From the NCBI GenBank assembly GCA_964436855.1, contig CAYTED010000005.1, positions 2,539-66,538 on the forward strand: a stretch of 64,000 nt of DNA, read 5' to 3'. Positions within the stretch are counted from its first letter, which is position 1; every line of letters begins with the position of its first letter. Positions 36,669 through 44,694 of the stretch are shown in pieces. The notes beneath the pieces are model-generated. The model was not told the DNA's origin and did not search any database. It was given only the letters and a program-made list of their open reading frames with translations. Source of the stretch: an uncultured Bdellovibrionales bacterium (lineage in GTDB: Bacteria > Patescibacteriota > Minisyncoccia > Moranbacterales > UBA1568). Both the position numbers and the translations under genes were made by a program.

Positions 36669-38750
36669 CTAATACCTCGATTCCCTATAGAGAAGATTGG
36701 CGATTTTTTGCGGGATCATTCCTTTTCGAACGAGCTCCGAAACACCATCTTCAAACGCTTTCTCCATGCTCCGCTCACCGAATGATGCATCTATTTTCTC
36801 AAGCTCCTCCGCATGTGTCGAAAAAATAACTTCCGCGCGTTTTTTTGAATGCGCGAAAAAATCCCGATAGAGAGAAAGAATGCGATCGACGGTACCAATA
36901 TACTCTTCGGACTCCAGTCGGGATCGTTCTTTCAGTCGGGAAAGTTCTTTGGTGGTTTTCTGCGCCATAACCTGTTGCGCCCGATAATACGCGTATTGTT
37001 CCGACAGCGTTTCCGTATCGCTCAACTCTTGTCCCAGCAGTTTTTTTCCGATATGAACAATATATTCGAACCAGTCCGGATCATACGCATGCTCATTTTC
37101 CGGAACTTGCGATTCGCCCCGCTCCACGCGATCCGATTGTATTTCCAATTTTGATTCGAGACGACGAAATACATGGTCCGGAATTTCCCGATACATAAAC
37201 AAGAGTTTCAGAACATACCTCTCGGTTCCAATCGCATAGAGACGGATCGCGCGCTCGAACGCAAGCGCATCATTCGAGAGAACAATGCCGCACTCCTCGC
37301 ATTCTCGATTGAAATTCGATCGATATTTTTCCTTGAGCGTATCATACACGGAATTTCGCAAATATCCCTTCTCAAAAAATCCCTCAAGCTTGGAAAGCGC
37401 ATGCGAAAATGCATACGCCCGACTCTGTCGATACTCCGCATTTTCCACGGAAGAAAGCGTGTCCAATCGGTATTTTCGGATCAGTCGCCCGATTGTCGTC
37501 GCTTTCACGAAAAGGGTAAAATAAATACATCCGATCGTCAGCGTCATCAGAAATTCCCTCACAGAAAAATCATAGGTCCACCCCGGAACAGAAAGATCGT
37601 TTGGAACAAGAAGAACCATCGTAACCGCAAGCGCGCCTCGCAAGCTTCCCCACGACAAAAGATGCTGCCAGAGAATGGGAATATGATCTTCCCACTTGAA
37701 TCGATTGAGAACCATCACTACCGGATAAATCGAGAATGCTCTCGCTATCATCACTACCACAACCGTAATCAAAATAGGAACGGCAAACGCCCGAAAATCA
37801 ATCGGGAGCCCCGCAAACAAAAGTCCCATAGAAATAAAAACAAGCGAGTTCGCAAGAAACGCGAAATATCCCCAATACCGTTCAAGAAACGATTCTACCC
37901 GGGGAGAAATCTTTGAGCGCCCATAATTTCCAATCACCATCGACGCCATCACGGTCGCAACAATAGACGAGAGATGGATGGTATGCCCGCCGAAAGAAAA
38001 AAGATGAGCAAGTGCTTCTGAAAGAATAAAGGTGAGATGCGACACCAGCATGGTAATCGTTACCTCGGCGTGCTCGTCCTCTTCAACCCTTTCGAGGATC
38101 TTCGCAAACAAAAATCCCATCAAAAGACCAAAAAGCACTCCGCCGGCCACCATGATCGAGAATGAAATTATGCCGGCAAAAATTGTCTCGGCTCCATGAA
38201 ACCCGTTTGTTGCCACGCCCAGCACAACAAAAAAAAGCGCGAGCGATGTTCCATCATTAAAAAGACTCTCCCCTTCGAACAGAAACGAGAGGCGTCTTGG
38301 CACGCCATATTCTTTAAACAGTGCGAGTACCGCAACCGGATCCGTCGCCGAAATCAACGCGCCAAAAAGAAACAAAACGACCATCGGCACATCCAACCCA
38401 AATGAAGAAAGCGCGTACCACAGCACTATTCCGATAAAACCAGCAGAAAGCAACAAACTCAACACCGACAACAATGAAACGGCGCGGATATTTCGCTGCA
38501 GTTCCCGAATTTTCATATTGTATGCGGACTCGAAGATAAGAATCGGGAGAAAAATATAAAACAAGAGTTCCGGCGTCAGCGTAAATTCACGCAAAAACGA
38601 AAACGGACCGATATGCGAAAGCGGCACAAGAAGCGAACCCACCAACACAAGAAGCACCGTATACGGCGCCTTGATTTTCCGTGCGAGGTAGAATGTCCCC
38701 ACGGAAGTAAGGAGGAGAATAAAAAGAGAAAGTGTGTATTCAAGAGACAT
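36669..38750 (-). CDS. CPA1-family Na+/H+ antiporter (NhaP-type) with a ~300-aa cytoplasmic C-terminal domain
   Basis: ATDPVAV and GESLFNDG transport motifs, 12-13 TM helices, and a long charged helical tail. Start at ATG 38750; the track begins at an upstream GTG. Confidence 0.8.
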   Translation of the reverse strand: MSLEYTLSLFILLLTSVGTFYLARKIKAPYTVLLVLVGSLLVPLSHIGPFSFLREFTLTPELLFYIFLPILIFESAYNMKIRELQRNIRAVSLLSVLSLLLSAGFIGIVLWYALSSFGLDVPMVVLFLFGALISATDPVAVLALFKEYGVPRRLSFLFEGESLFNDGTSLALFFVVLGVATNGFHGAETIFAGIISFSIMVAGGVLFGLLMGFLFAKILERVEEDEHAEVTITMLVSHLTFILSEALAHLFSFGGHTIHLSSIVATVMASMVIGNYGRSKISPRVESFLERYWGYFAFLANSLVFISMGLLFAGLPIDFRAFAVPILITVVVVMIARAFSIYPVVMVLNRFKWEDHIPILWQHLLSWGSLRGALAVTMVLLVPNDLSVPGWTYDFSVREFLMTLTIGCIYFTLFVKATTIGRLIRKYRLDTLSSVENAEYRQSRAYAFSHALSKLEGFFEKGYLRNSVYDTLKEKYRSNFNRECEECGIVLSNDALAFERAIRLYAIGTERYVLKLLFMYREIPDHVFRRLESKLEIQSDRVERGESQVPENEHAYDPDWFEYIVHIGKKLLGQELSDTETLSEQYAYYRAQQVMAQKTTKELSRLKERSRLESEEYIGTVDRILSLYRDFFAHSKKRAEVIFSTHAEELEKIDASFGERSMEKAFEDGVSELVRKGMIPQKIANLLYRESRY

Positions 38751-38885
38751 ATAAAAAACCGAGATACGCGATAAAAAAGATTTTGAAAACGGACTCAAAA
38801 AAAACGCGGACGAGGCCACTCGACCGCACCGGCACAGAGATGTATGACAACCATTCCGTTATACTCCTTCTCAAAATTCTCGTCA

Positions 38886-38925
38886 AACAAAAATCGCCCC
38901 GCATGGTATCGGAGCGATTTTTTTA
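38886..38925. terminator. bidirectional rho-independent terminator downstream of rplL
   Basis: Hairpin atcgcccc-gcatggtat-cggagcgat with A5 on one side and T7 on the other. Confidence 0.5.
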
Positions 38926-38939
38926 CGAAACAAAAACAC

Positions 38940-39347
38940 TTACTTAAGAGTGACGGTCGCACCGGCTTCCTCAAGCTTCTTCTTTATCGCTTCAGCATCG
39001 GCCTTCGCGACTTTTTCCTTCACGACTTTCGGCGCGGCATCCACAATATCCTTCGCTTCCTTGAGCCCAAGTCCGGTTACTTCACGAACGGCCTTAATCA
39101 CGTTAATTTTTTGGTCGCCCGTTGCCGTCAATTCGACATCGAAGTCCGACTTTTCCTCGGCTGCTTCCGCAACCGCTCCGGCTGCCGGCATCGCCCCCAT
39201 CATCATCGGAGCCGCTGCCGAAACACCAAATTTCTCTTCGAGAACCTTCACGAGCTCGGAGAGATCAAGCACGCTCATCTTTTCGATTTCCTCGACAAGT
39301 TTCGCAAATTTCTCCGGCACCACTACTTCCTTCTTTTCTTCGGTCAT
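38940..39347 (-). CDS. rplL: 50S ribosomal protein L7/L12
   Basis: Ala/Gly-rich hinge, C-terminal domain [22 protein letters not shown]. Confidence 0.9.
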   Translation of the reverse strand: MTEEKKEVVVPEKFAKLVEEIEKMSVLDLSELVKVLEEKFGVSAAAPMMMGAMPAAGAVAEAAEEKSDFDVELTATGDQKINVIKAVREVTGLGLKEAKDIVDAAPKVVKEKVAKADAEAIKKKLEEAGATVTLK

Positions 39348-39385
39348 ATGTTTACCTTAGATTAAAATTATTTATCTCTCATGAA

Positions 39386-39450
39386 ACATAGAACATGGAA
39401 CAGAAAACAAAATACTCTTTGTTCTTTGCTCCATGTTCTCTGCTCTATGA
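39386..39450 (-). other. conserved-looking RNA hairpin in the rplJ-rplL intergenic region
   Basis: agaacatgga at 39390-39399 pairs perfectly with tccatgttct at 39431-39440. The flanking imperfect pairing extends the stem to about 20 bp. Confidence 0.3.
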
Positions 39451-39453
39451 AAA

Positions 39454-39975
39454 TTACTTCTTGCTTTCCGCCACCGCATTGAGCACCCGAACAAAACCGC
39501 CATAGGTCCCCGAAAGCGTCCGAACAAAACCGGCAACCGAAGCCTGAAGCGTGCCCGCAAGCGTCGCACGAAGTTCATCCCGACTTGGAAGTTTCGCGAG
39601 TGCCCTCACTTCTTCCACCGAAAGCGCCTTCATTTCAAGCGATCCGCCAACAATCGACAGTTTCGTATCTTTGTTTTCCTTCACGTGTTGCGCGATAACT
39701 TTCGCCGCCGCAACCTCATCGGAAGAAAACGCGACACCGACTTGTCCATCGAGCTTTCTCGCGTTCACGGGGATACCAACCTCCGAAAGCGCAACGTTCA
39801 GAATCGATTTTTTTAGGATTTGCCATCGCGACCCGGTTTCTCGAAGTGACTTCCGCACCCTTTCAATCTCCTTGACCGTTACTCCTTTGTAATCCGCAAA
39901 GACAAGCGCTTTTGAGGACTTAATTTTCTCCACCACTTCGTCTTTCAGTGCTACTTTTTCATTTTTTCGCATCAT
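39454..39975 (-). CDS. rplJ: 50S ribosomal protein L10
   Basis: L10 fold: ALVFADYKGVTVKEIERVRKSLRE..., with a C-terminal L12-binding helix. Start at the ATG-ATG pair (39975). Confidence 0.85.
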   Translation of the reverse strand: MMRKNEKVALKDEVVEKIKSSKALVFADYKGVTVKEIERVRKSLRETGSRWQILKKSILNVALSEVGIPVNARKLDGQVGVAFSSDEVAAAKVIAQHVKENKDTKLSIVGGSLEMKALSVEEVRALAKLPSRDELRATLAGTLQASVAGFVRTLSGTYGGFVRVLNAVAESKK

Positions 39976-40133
39976 AATCTTTTCTAAAAAAAATCGCGAA
40001 CCACCAGGGCCCGCAGAGCAAAGAAATCCGACCATTCATCTTTCGATGAAAAATTCTTTCCTCGTGAGGACTTCTCGCACCTTTCGATACGCGCCTCATT
40101 TCTACGGAACCTATTCACTTTTCCCACCCAAAT

Positions 40134-40529
40134 TCATTCCCCCTCTTTCGTCTCTGTTTCCGCTATAACCGGAGCTTCCTCCTTCTTTTCTTCGGTCGGC
40201 GTTTCTTCAGATTTCATTTCTTCAGCTGGAGTTTCCACGCTCTCTGCGACTTCTTCTTGTTTCGGTCGTTCCATTTTGACAGCTTTCTTCTCGCCCTTGA
40301 CCACGCCTTCTTTCACGAGAAGGTTGTGCACGGTATCAGAGAGCTGTGCTCCCGCACCAATCCAGTGTTTGATTCGCTCTGTTTTCAGTACCGTCTGTTT
40401 TGTGTGCGGGTTATGACTCCCGAGCACTTCAACATGTCGTCCTCCCGGAGCGATGGTATGTTCCTGCAAAACCAAGCGAAAACTCGCTTGATTTCTCTTT
40501 CCTGTTCGGTTGAATCGAATTTTGAGCAT
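40134..40529 (-). CDS. rpsP: 30S ribosomal protein S16 with an acidic C-terminal extension
   Basis: MLKIRFNRTGKRNQASFRLVL N-terminus is diagnostic. E/K-rich tail. Confidence 0.85.
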   Translation of the reverse strand: MLKIRFNRTGKRNQASFRLVLQEHTIAPGGRHVEVLGSHNPHTKQTVLKTERIKHWIGAGAQLSDTVHNLLVKEGVVKGEKKAVKMERPKQEEVAESVETPAEEMKSEETPTEEKKEEAPVIAETETKEGE

Positions 40530-40603
40530 ATCGGTCTACAAATACCAACAAAAAAAGCCTTTACAGAGCTATGGGGACATAGTAAGGCAAAAATAAAATA
40601 CTG

Positions 40604-41029
40604 TCAACTACACTTTTCACAACGGCAACCAACCCCTTTAATCATATCTTGAAAATACTCTTTTCCATAATCATACGAGAGTTCTTCCCCTGCCAAAATA
40701 TTCCGCCGGGAAACGATAAACACTCGTCCTTTCCGATTGATCGCCTCGCAATTCGGGCGACAGGAATGATTGATATACCGCGCCGTGTTCCAACGCGGAC
40801 TCCCATCGATATCAAAGCGATTGTTTACATTGAATACATATTTATTGAACAAGGTATCTCCGACACTTTTCGGAACCCGGTGTCCGACATACTCAATGAC
40901 TGTTTTTCCGCGAGGGATGTGTTCCAGCGCGAAGAGCCCAAGTCCGGCACTCGATTTTTTTACCTTCACCTTAAATTTTCCTTCTGATTTCCGAGCCATA
41001 ATCGATACTACAAACAAAAAATCGTCCAA
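40604..41029 (-). CDS. SET-domain protein (putative protein-lysine methyltransferase)
   Basis: Core motifs NHSCRPNCEA (SAM and pseudoknot) and ELSYDYG, plus a post-SET Cys cluster CRCEKC. Confidence 0.7.
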   Translation of the reverse strand: MDDFLFVVSIMARKSEGKFKVKVKKSSAGLGLFALEHIPRGKTVIEYVGHRVPKSVGDTLFNKYVFNVNNRFDIDGSPRWNTARYINHSCRPNCEAINRKGRVFIVSRRNILAGEELSYDYGKEYFQDMIKGVGCRCEKCS

Positions 41030-41163
41030 CTGGACAATTCCGTATGCCTCACCCTATCAGTATCCGAATAAAAAATCAATGTCAATGGAGTGATCGGAAA
41101 AAAAGAAGTGAAATGAACGAAAAAATGATATACTAATACGGAGCGTAATGATGAATTTCCCGT

Positions 41164-42351
41164 ATGAAGCTTCGCCTCATTCTCACTTTTGTTCTGCGCG
41201 ATATCTCCAAAAACGCGATTGTTTTGAGTCTCATTATTCTGACGCTCGCGCTCGGCTGTCTTGCCATCCTTCTCACCGGAAGCGTCCTTGATGGTTTTCA
41301 AACCATGCTTAGCAATAGCGCCCGCGGGTGGCTCGGCGATATCGTTCTCTTGCCTCCCAACGACCGGAAAACCATTTCCCATGCGCAGGATGTTTCCAAT
41401 ATGCTCCTCTCAAGAGATGATATTGTCGCCACAAGCACTCGAAGCTATGGAAATCTTAGTGTGCAGTTTGAAGAAAAAATCTCCTTTCCCTATACCGTTA
41501 TCGGTATTAATCCAAAAGAGGAGCAGCAGGTATCGACTCTTCCTTTCCAAATGATTGAGGGCTCATTTTTTGATGAAGCAAAAAGTCCCGATGAAATCAT
41601 TCTTGGAACTTCGATTGCGGACGATCTTGCCCAGGGTTCAGGCGATGGTATTCGTGTTCATAAAAATGATACAGTGCAAGTTCTTTTCCCAAATGGAACT
41701 TCTCAAAATTTCCGGGTGAGAGGTGTACTGGATGCGAAAACATTTTATCCAAATTTTTCCGTTTTTTTTCAGAAAGATATTTTGGATAATTTTCCAGAAA
41801 CGGCTCGAAATAAAAGCATCATAGTCAAAAGTACTCCAAAGTCAAATATTCATAATATACAACAGTCCCTGCAACAATCCTTTCCTTCGCTTACTATACA
41901 CACATGGCTTGATGAGAGTAGTTATATCGAGGATATTCTTGATGCAACATCATTTATCACAAAGAGCATCATTCAAATCCTCATTGTCTCCATTTCAGTT
42001 ATCATCGCGATCATTATCTACATCAACATCATTCAGAAACGCCGGCAAATCGGCATCCTCAAATCCATGGGCGTTTCGAATCACTTTATTTTCACCGCAT
42101 ATCTCTTCGAGGCAATCGCATATTTTTTGATCGCATTCTTTCTCGGGCTTCTCTTGTTCTTTGGTATATATTCCTATTCCATACACCACCCGATTTCCAT
42201 GCCGATCGGAGATTTTCATACCGTCATATCACCATTTGTCATTCTCATATACTTCCTCATTATCTTGAGCGCCACTCTCCTTGGAAGCATTATTCCAACA
42301 CATATAGCGACACGCACCAATATTATTGATGTTCTCCGAAATACTCTATGA
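41164..42351 (+). CDS. ABC exporter permease, FtsX/MacB-like with a periplasmic domain
   Basis: N-terminal TM, about 220-aa periplasmic domain, and a C-terminal 3-TM FtsX bundle. Confidence 0.8.
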   Translation: MKLRLILTFVLRDISKNAIVLSLIILTLALGCLAILLTGSVLDGFQTMLSNSARGWLGDIVLLPPNDRKTISHAQDVSNMLLSRDDIVATSTRSYGNLSVQFEEKISFPYTVIGINPKEEQQVSTLPFQMIEGSFFDEAKSPDEIILGTSIADDLAQGSGDGIRVHKNDTVQVLFPNGTSQNFRVRGVLDAKTFYPNFSVFFQKDILDNFPETARNKSIIVKSTPKSNIHNIQQSLQQSFPSLTIHTWLDESSYIEDILDATSFITKSIIQILIVSISVIIAIIIYINIIQKRRQIGILKSMGVSNHFIFTAYLFEAIAYFLIAFFLGLLLFFGIYSYSIHHPISMPIGDFHTVISPFVILIYFLIILSATLLGSIIPTHIATRTNIIDVLRNTL

Positions 42352-43058
42352 CCACACCTTTGATATCGTTTGCAAATGTTTGCCGAACCTATACCGTCGG
42401 ATCGCTTTCCATTCCGGCAGTACAAGGCGTCAGCTTTGATATTCGCGAGCGAGAATTTGTCGCGATTACCGGTCCGTCGGGATCGGGGAAAAGTACTCTT
42501 CTTCATATGATCGGCCTCCTTGACACCCCTTCATCCGGAATATTCGCATTCAATGGAAGCAACGCTTCGACTCTCAGTGAGCGCGAAAAGACCCGCCTCC
42601 GTCTCGAACACATCAGCTTCGTTTTCCAATTTTTCAACCTTATCGAAAACTACACCGCCACCGAAAATATCGCATTTCAACTCGAACTTCAAGGAGTACC
42701 CCGGGGTGAAGCGACCCAAAAAGCCCTAGAGGTTATACAATTCCTCGGACTTGGACATCGGGCACATCTTTTTCCAAATGAACTCTCGGGCGGCGAACAA
42801 CAACGGGTTGCAATTGGTCGCGCCGTCGCCAAAAACTCCAAAATTATCCTTGCTGACGAACCAACCGCGCACCTTGACTCTTCCAATGCCGAAAAAATTA
42901 TCCAACTCCTCCGCAATGTGAACCAAACCTATGGGAGAACCGTCATCCTCGTCACACACGAACCGAGTGAAGCAAGCCAAGCAAGCCGAACCATCACCCT
43001 TCGAGATGGAAAAATTATCACCGATTCCGGCGTCCCAAAATTCCCCAGAGACCTATAG
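42348..43058 (+). CDS. ABC transporter ATP-binding protein (MacB/LolD-type)
   Basis: Walker A GPSGSGKSTLL, signature LSGGEQQRVAIGRA, Walker B ILADEPT. 4-nt overlap with the permease. Confidence 0.9.
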   Translation: MTTPLISFANVCRTYTVGSLSIPAVQGVSFDIREREFVAITGPSGSGKSTLLHMIGLLDTPSSGIFAFNGSNASTLSEREKTRLRLEHISFVFQFFNLIENYTATENIAFQLELQGVPRGEATQKALEVIQFLGLGHRAHLFPNELSGGEQQRVAIGRAVAKNSKIILADEPTAHLDSSNAEKIIQLLRNVNQTYGRTVILVTHEPSEASQASRTITLRDGKIITDSGVPKFPRDL

Positions 43059-43137
43059 TCGCCGAATCGCTCTCGCGGTATAATAGAATCACACTCGAAA
43101 AAAACACTCATTTCAAAAAAGGCAGCGCTTTTCTTTT

Positions 43138-44688
43138 ATGAATACCCGACTCGTTATTCTTATCTTTGTCGTCGCCGCTCTTGGTATCGCGGTATTTTTC
43201 GGCGGTTCACTGCTTCTTCAAAAATTACGCGACACCTCTTCGAAAACCACCGAAGCATACCTCGCCACTCTCGAAAAAACAATTGTCGTTCAAAATGCTC
43301 GTATCGTGCCCGAAAATGAATACGAACTCTCATTCCCTTTTTCCGGTATCGTCGAATCCTTTTCCGTTCACGAGGGCGATACCGTTCAGAGCGGAGATCC
43401 TCTGCTCAAAATCGAAACCATTTCCCTTGAAATCGAAAGACAGAAGGCTCAAAACACCGTCCTCGAAGCACAGGCTTCATATACCAAGGTAACCACCGCA
43501 CCACGCAAGGAAGAACTCGATATTACCACCGGAAAAAAGAAAGAGTCGAAAACCTCGTATGGTGGAACGAAAACTCTTCTGATCGATGCGATTCGTTCGA
43601 TGTACACGGAAAGCGATAACGCGATTCGAAATGTCGCCGACAATCTGTTTGAAAACCCGCGCACGGACTCTCCAACGCTCGCTTTCACTCTTTCCGATAC
43701 CTCGCTTGAAGCCGAACTCCTGTCCGATCGAAAGGATATCGAGGATATGCTCGAAGAGTGGAAAGACGACACCGACTCGCTTAAAACCGAATCCTCTCTT
43801 GAAAAAGCATCCGATACATCTCGCTCTCGAGCAAAGAATGTTCGGAAATTTATCGAACGGCTCTCCTTTGCGGCAAATGGCGTTACTGCAAGCGGCGCTG
43901 GCGTCAGTCAAGATACGCTCGATACATGGAAGGGTGCTCTTTCGGCCGTACGGACTACCATTGAGGCGACACAGGCATCTTTGAGCGAGGCAAATACCAA
44001 TTTTCTTGCCGCCAAAAAAACGCTGGCAACCGCAGAAAACGAAGTAACTTTAAAAGAGGCCGGATATGAAGCATCAGATCGCGATATTGCAGAATATCGG
44101 CTCGATGAAGCAAAACAATCCGTCAAACTCATCGAGGAAGAAATTCGAAAGGCGACTCTCACTGCCCCGGAAAACAATCTCATCATTCGAAAAATATATC
44201 CCAAGAAGGGAGAATTTATCCCGGGGAGCGAACAAGCTATTCTTCTCTCCTCCCAAGATCTTGAGATACGAATCGATATTCCCGAAGATGATTTTGCAGG
44301 TATCAAGGTGGGTGATTCGGTAACATTTTTCCCGGAATTACATCCGGGGTCGCCCATATCAGGCATCATTACTGCTATTGAACAGAAAGAGATTCTCAAA
44401 AACGAAGTAACGTATTTTCGCGTCCGCGCGCGTATGGACACCGCTCCTTCCGATGATTTTCGGCCTGGTCTCTCTGGCGAAGTACACGCTCTCGTTCGTT
44501 TCAACGAAACACTCCCCCTCGTTCCAACAAGCGCGATCTTCTTCAAAGGGAATACTCGTTATGTTCGCCTTTCGAGCGGCGACGATGTCGAGGTGACCAT
44601 CGGCTATGGCAATGGTTCGGAAACACAAATTCGCTCCGGAATTGAAGCCGGAGCAAAAGTCGTACGCTTTCCCTTTTCAGAACAATAG
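43138..44688 (+). CDS. HlyD/MacA-family periplasmic adaptor with a long coiled coil
   Basis: N-terminal TM anchor, lipoyl-like halves flanking an ~250-aa coiled-coil hairpin, and a C-terminal beta-barrel domain. Confidence 0.7.
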   Translation: MNTRLVILIFVVAALGIAVFFGGSLLLQKLRDTSSKTTEAYLATLEKTIVVQNARIVPENEYELSFPFSGIVESFSVHEGDTVQSGDPLLKIETISLEIERQKAQNTVLEAQASYTKVTTAPRKEELDITTGKKKESKTSYGGTKTLLIDAIRSMYTESDNAIRNVADNLFENPRTDSPTLAFTLSDTSLEAELLSDRKDIEDMLEEWKDDTDSLKTESSLEKASDTSRSRAKNVRKFIERLSFAANGVTASGAGVSQDTLDTWKGALSAVRTTIEATQASLSEANTNFLAAKKTLATAENEVTLKEAGYEASDRDIAEYRLDEAKQSVKLIEEEIRKATLTAPENNLIIRKIYPKKGEFIPGSEQAILLSSQDLEIRIDIPEDDFAGIKVGDSVTFFPELHPGSPISGIITAIEQKEILKNEVTYFRVRARMDTAPSDDFRPGLSGEVHALVRFNETLPLVPTSAIFFKGNTRYVRLSSGDDVEVTIGYGNGSETQIRSGIEAGAKVVRFPFSEQ

Positions 44689-44694
44689 CTCCCG

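Noticed and set aside
39976-40133. Calling a ribosomal-protein L10 leader RNA feature
   Set aside because: The spacer is at the right place and of the right length. I cannot verify the conserved L10-leader fold without a covariance-model scan, so it is only mentioned in the findings.
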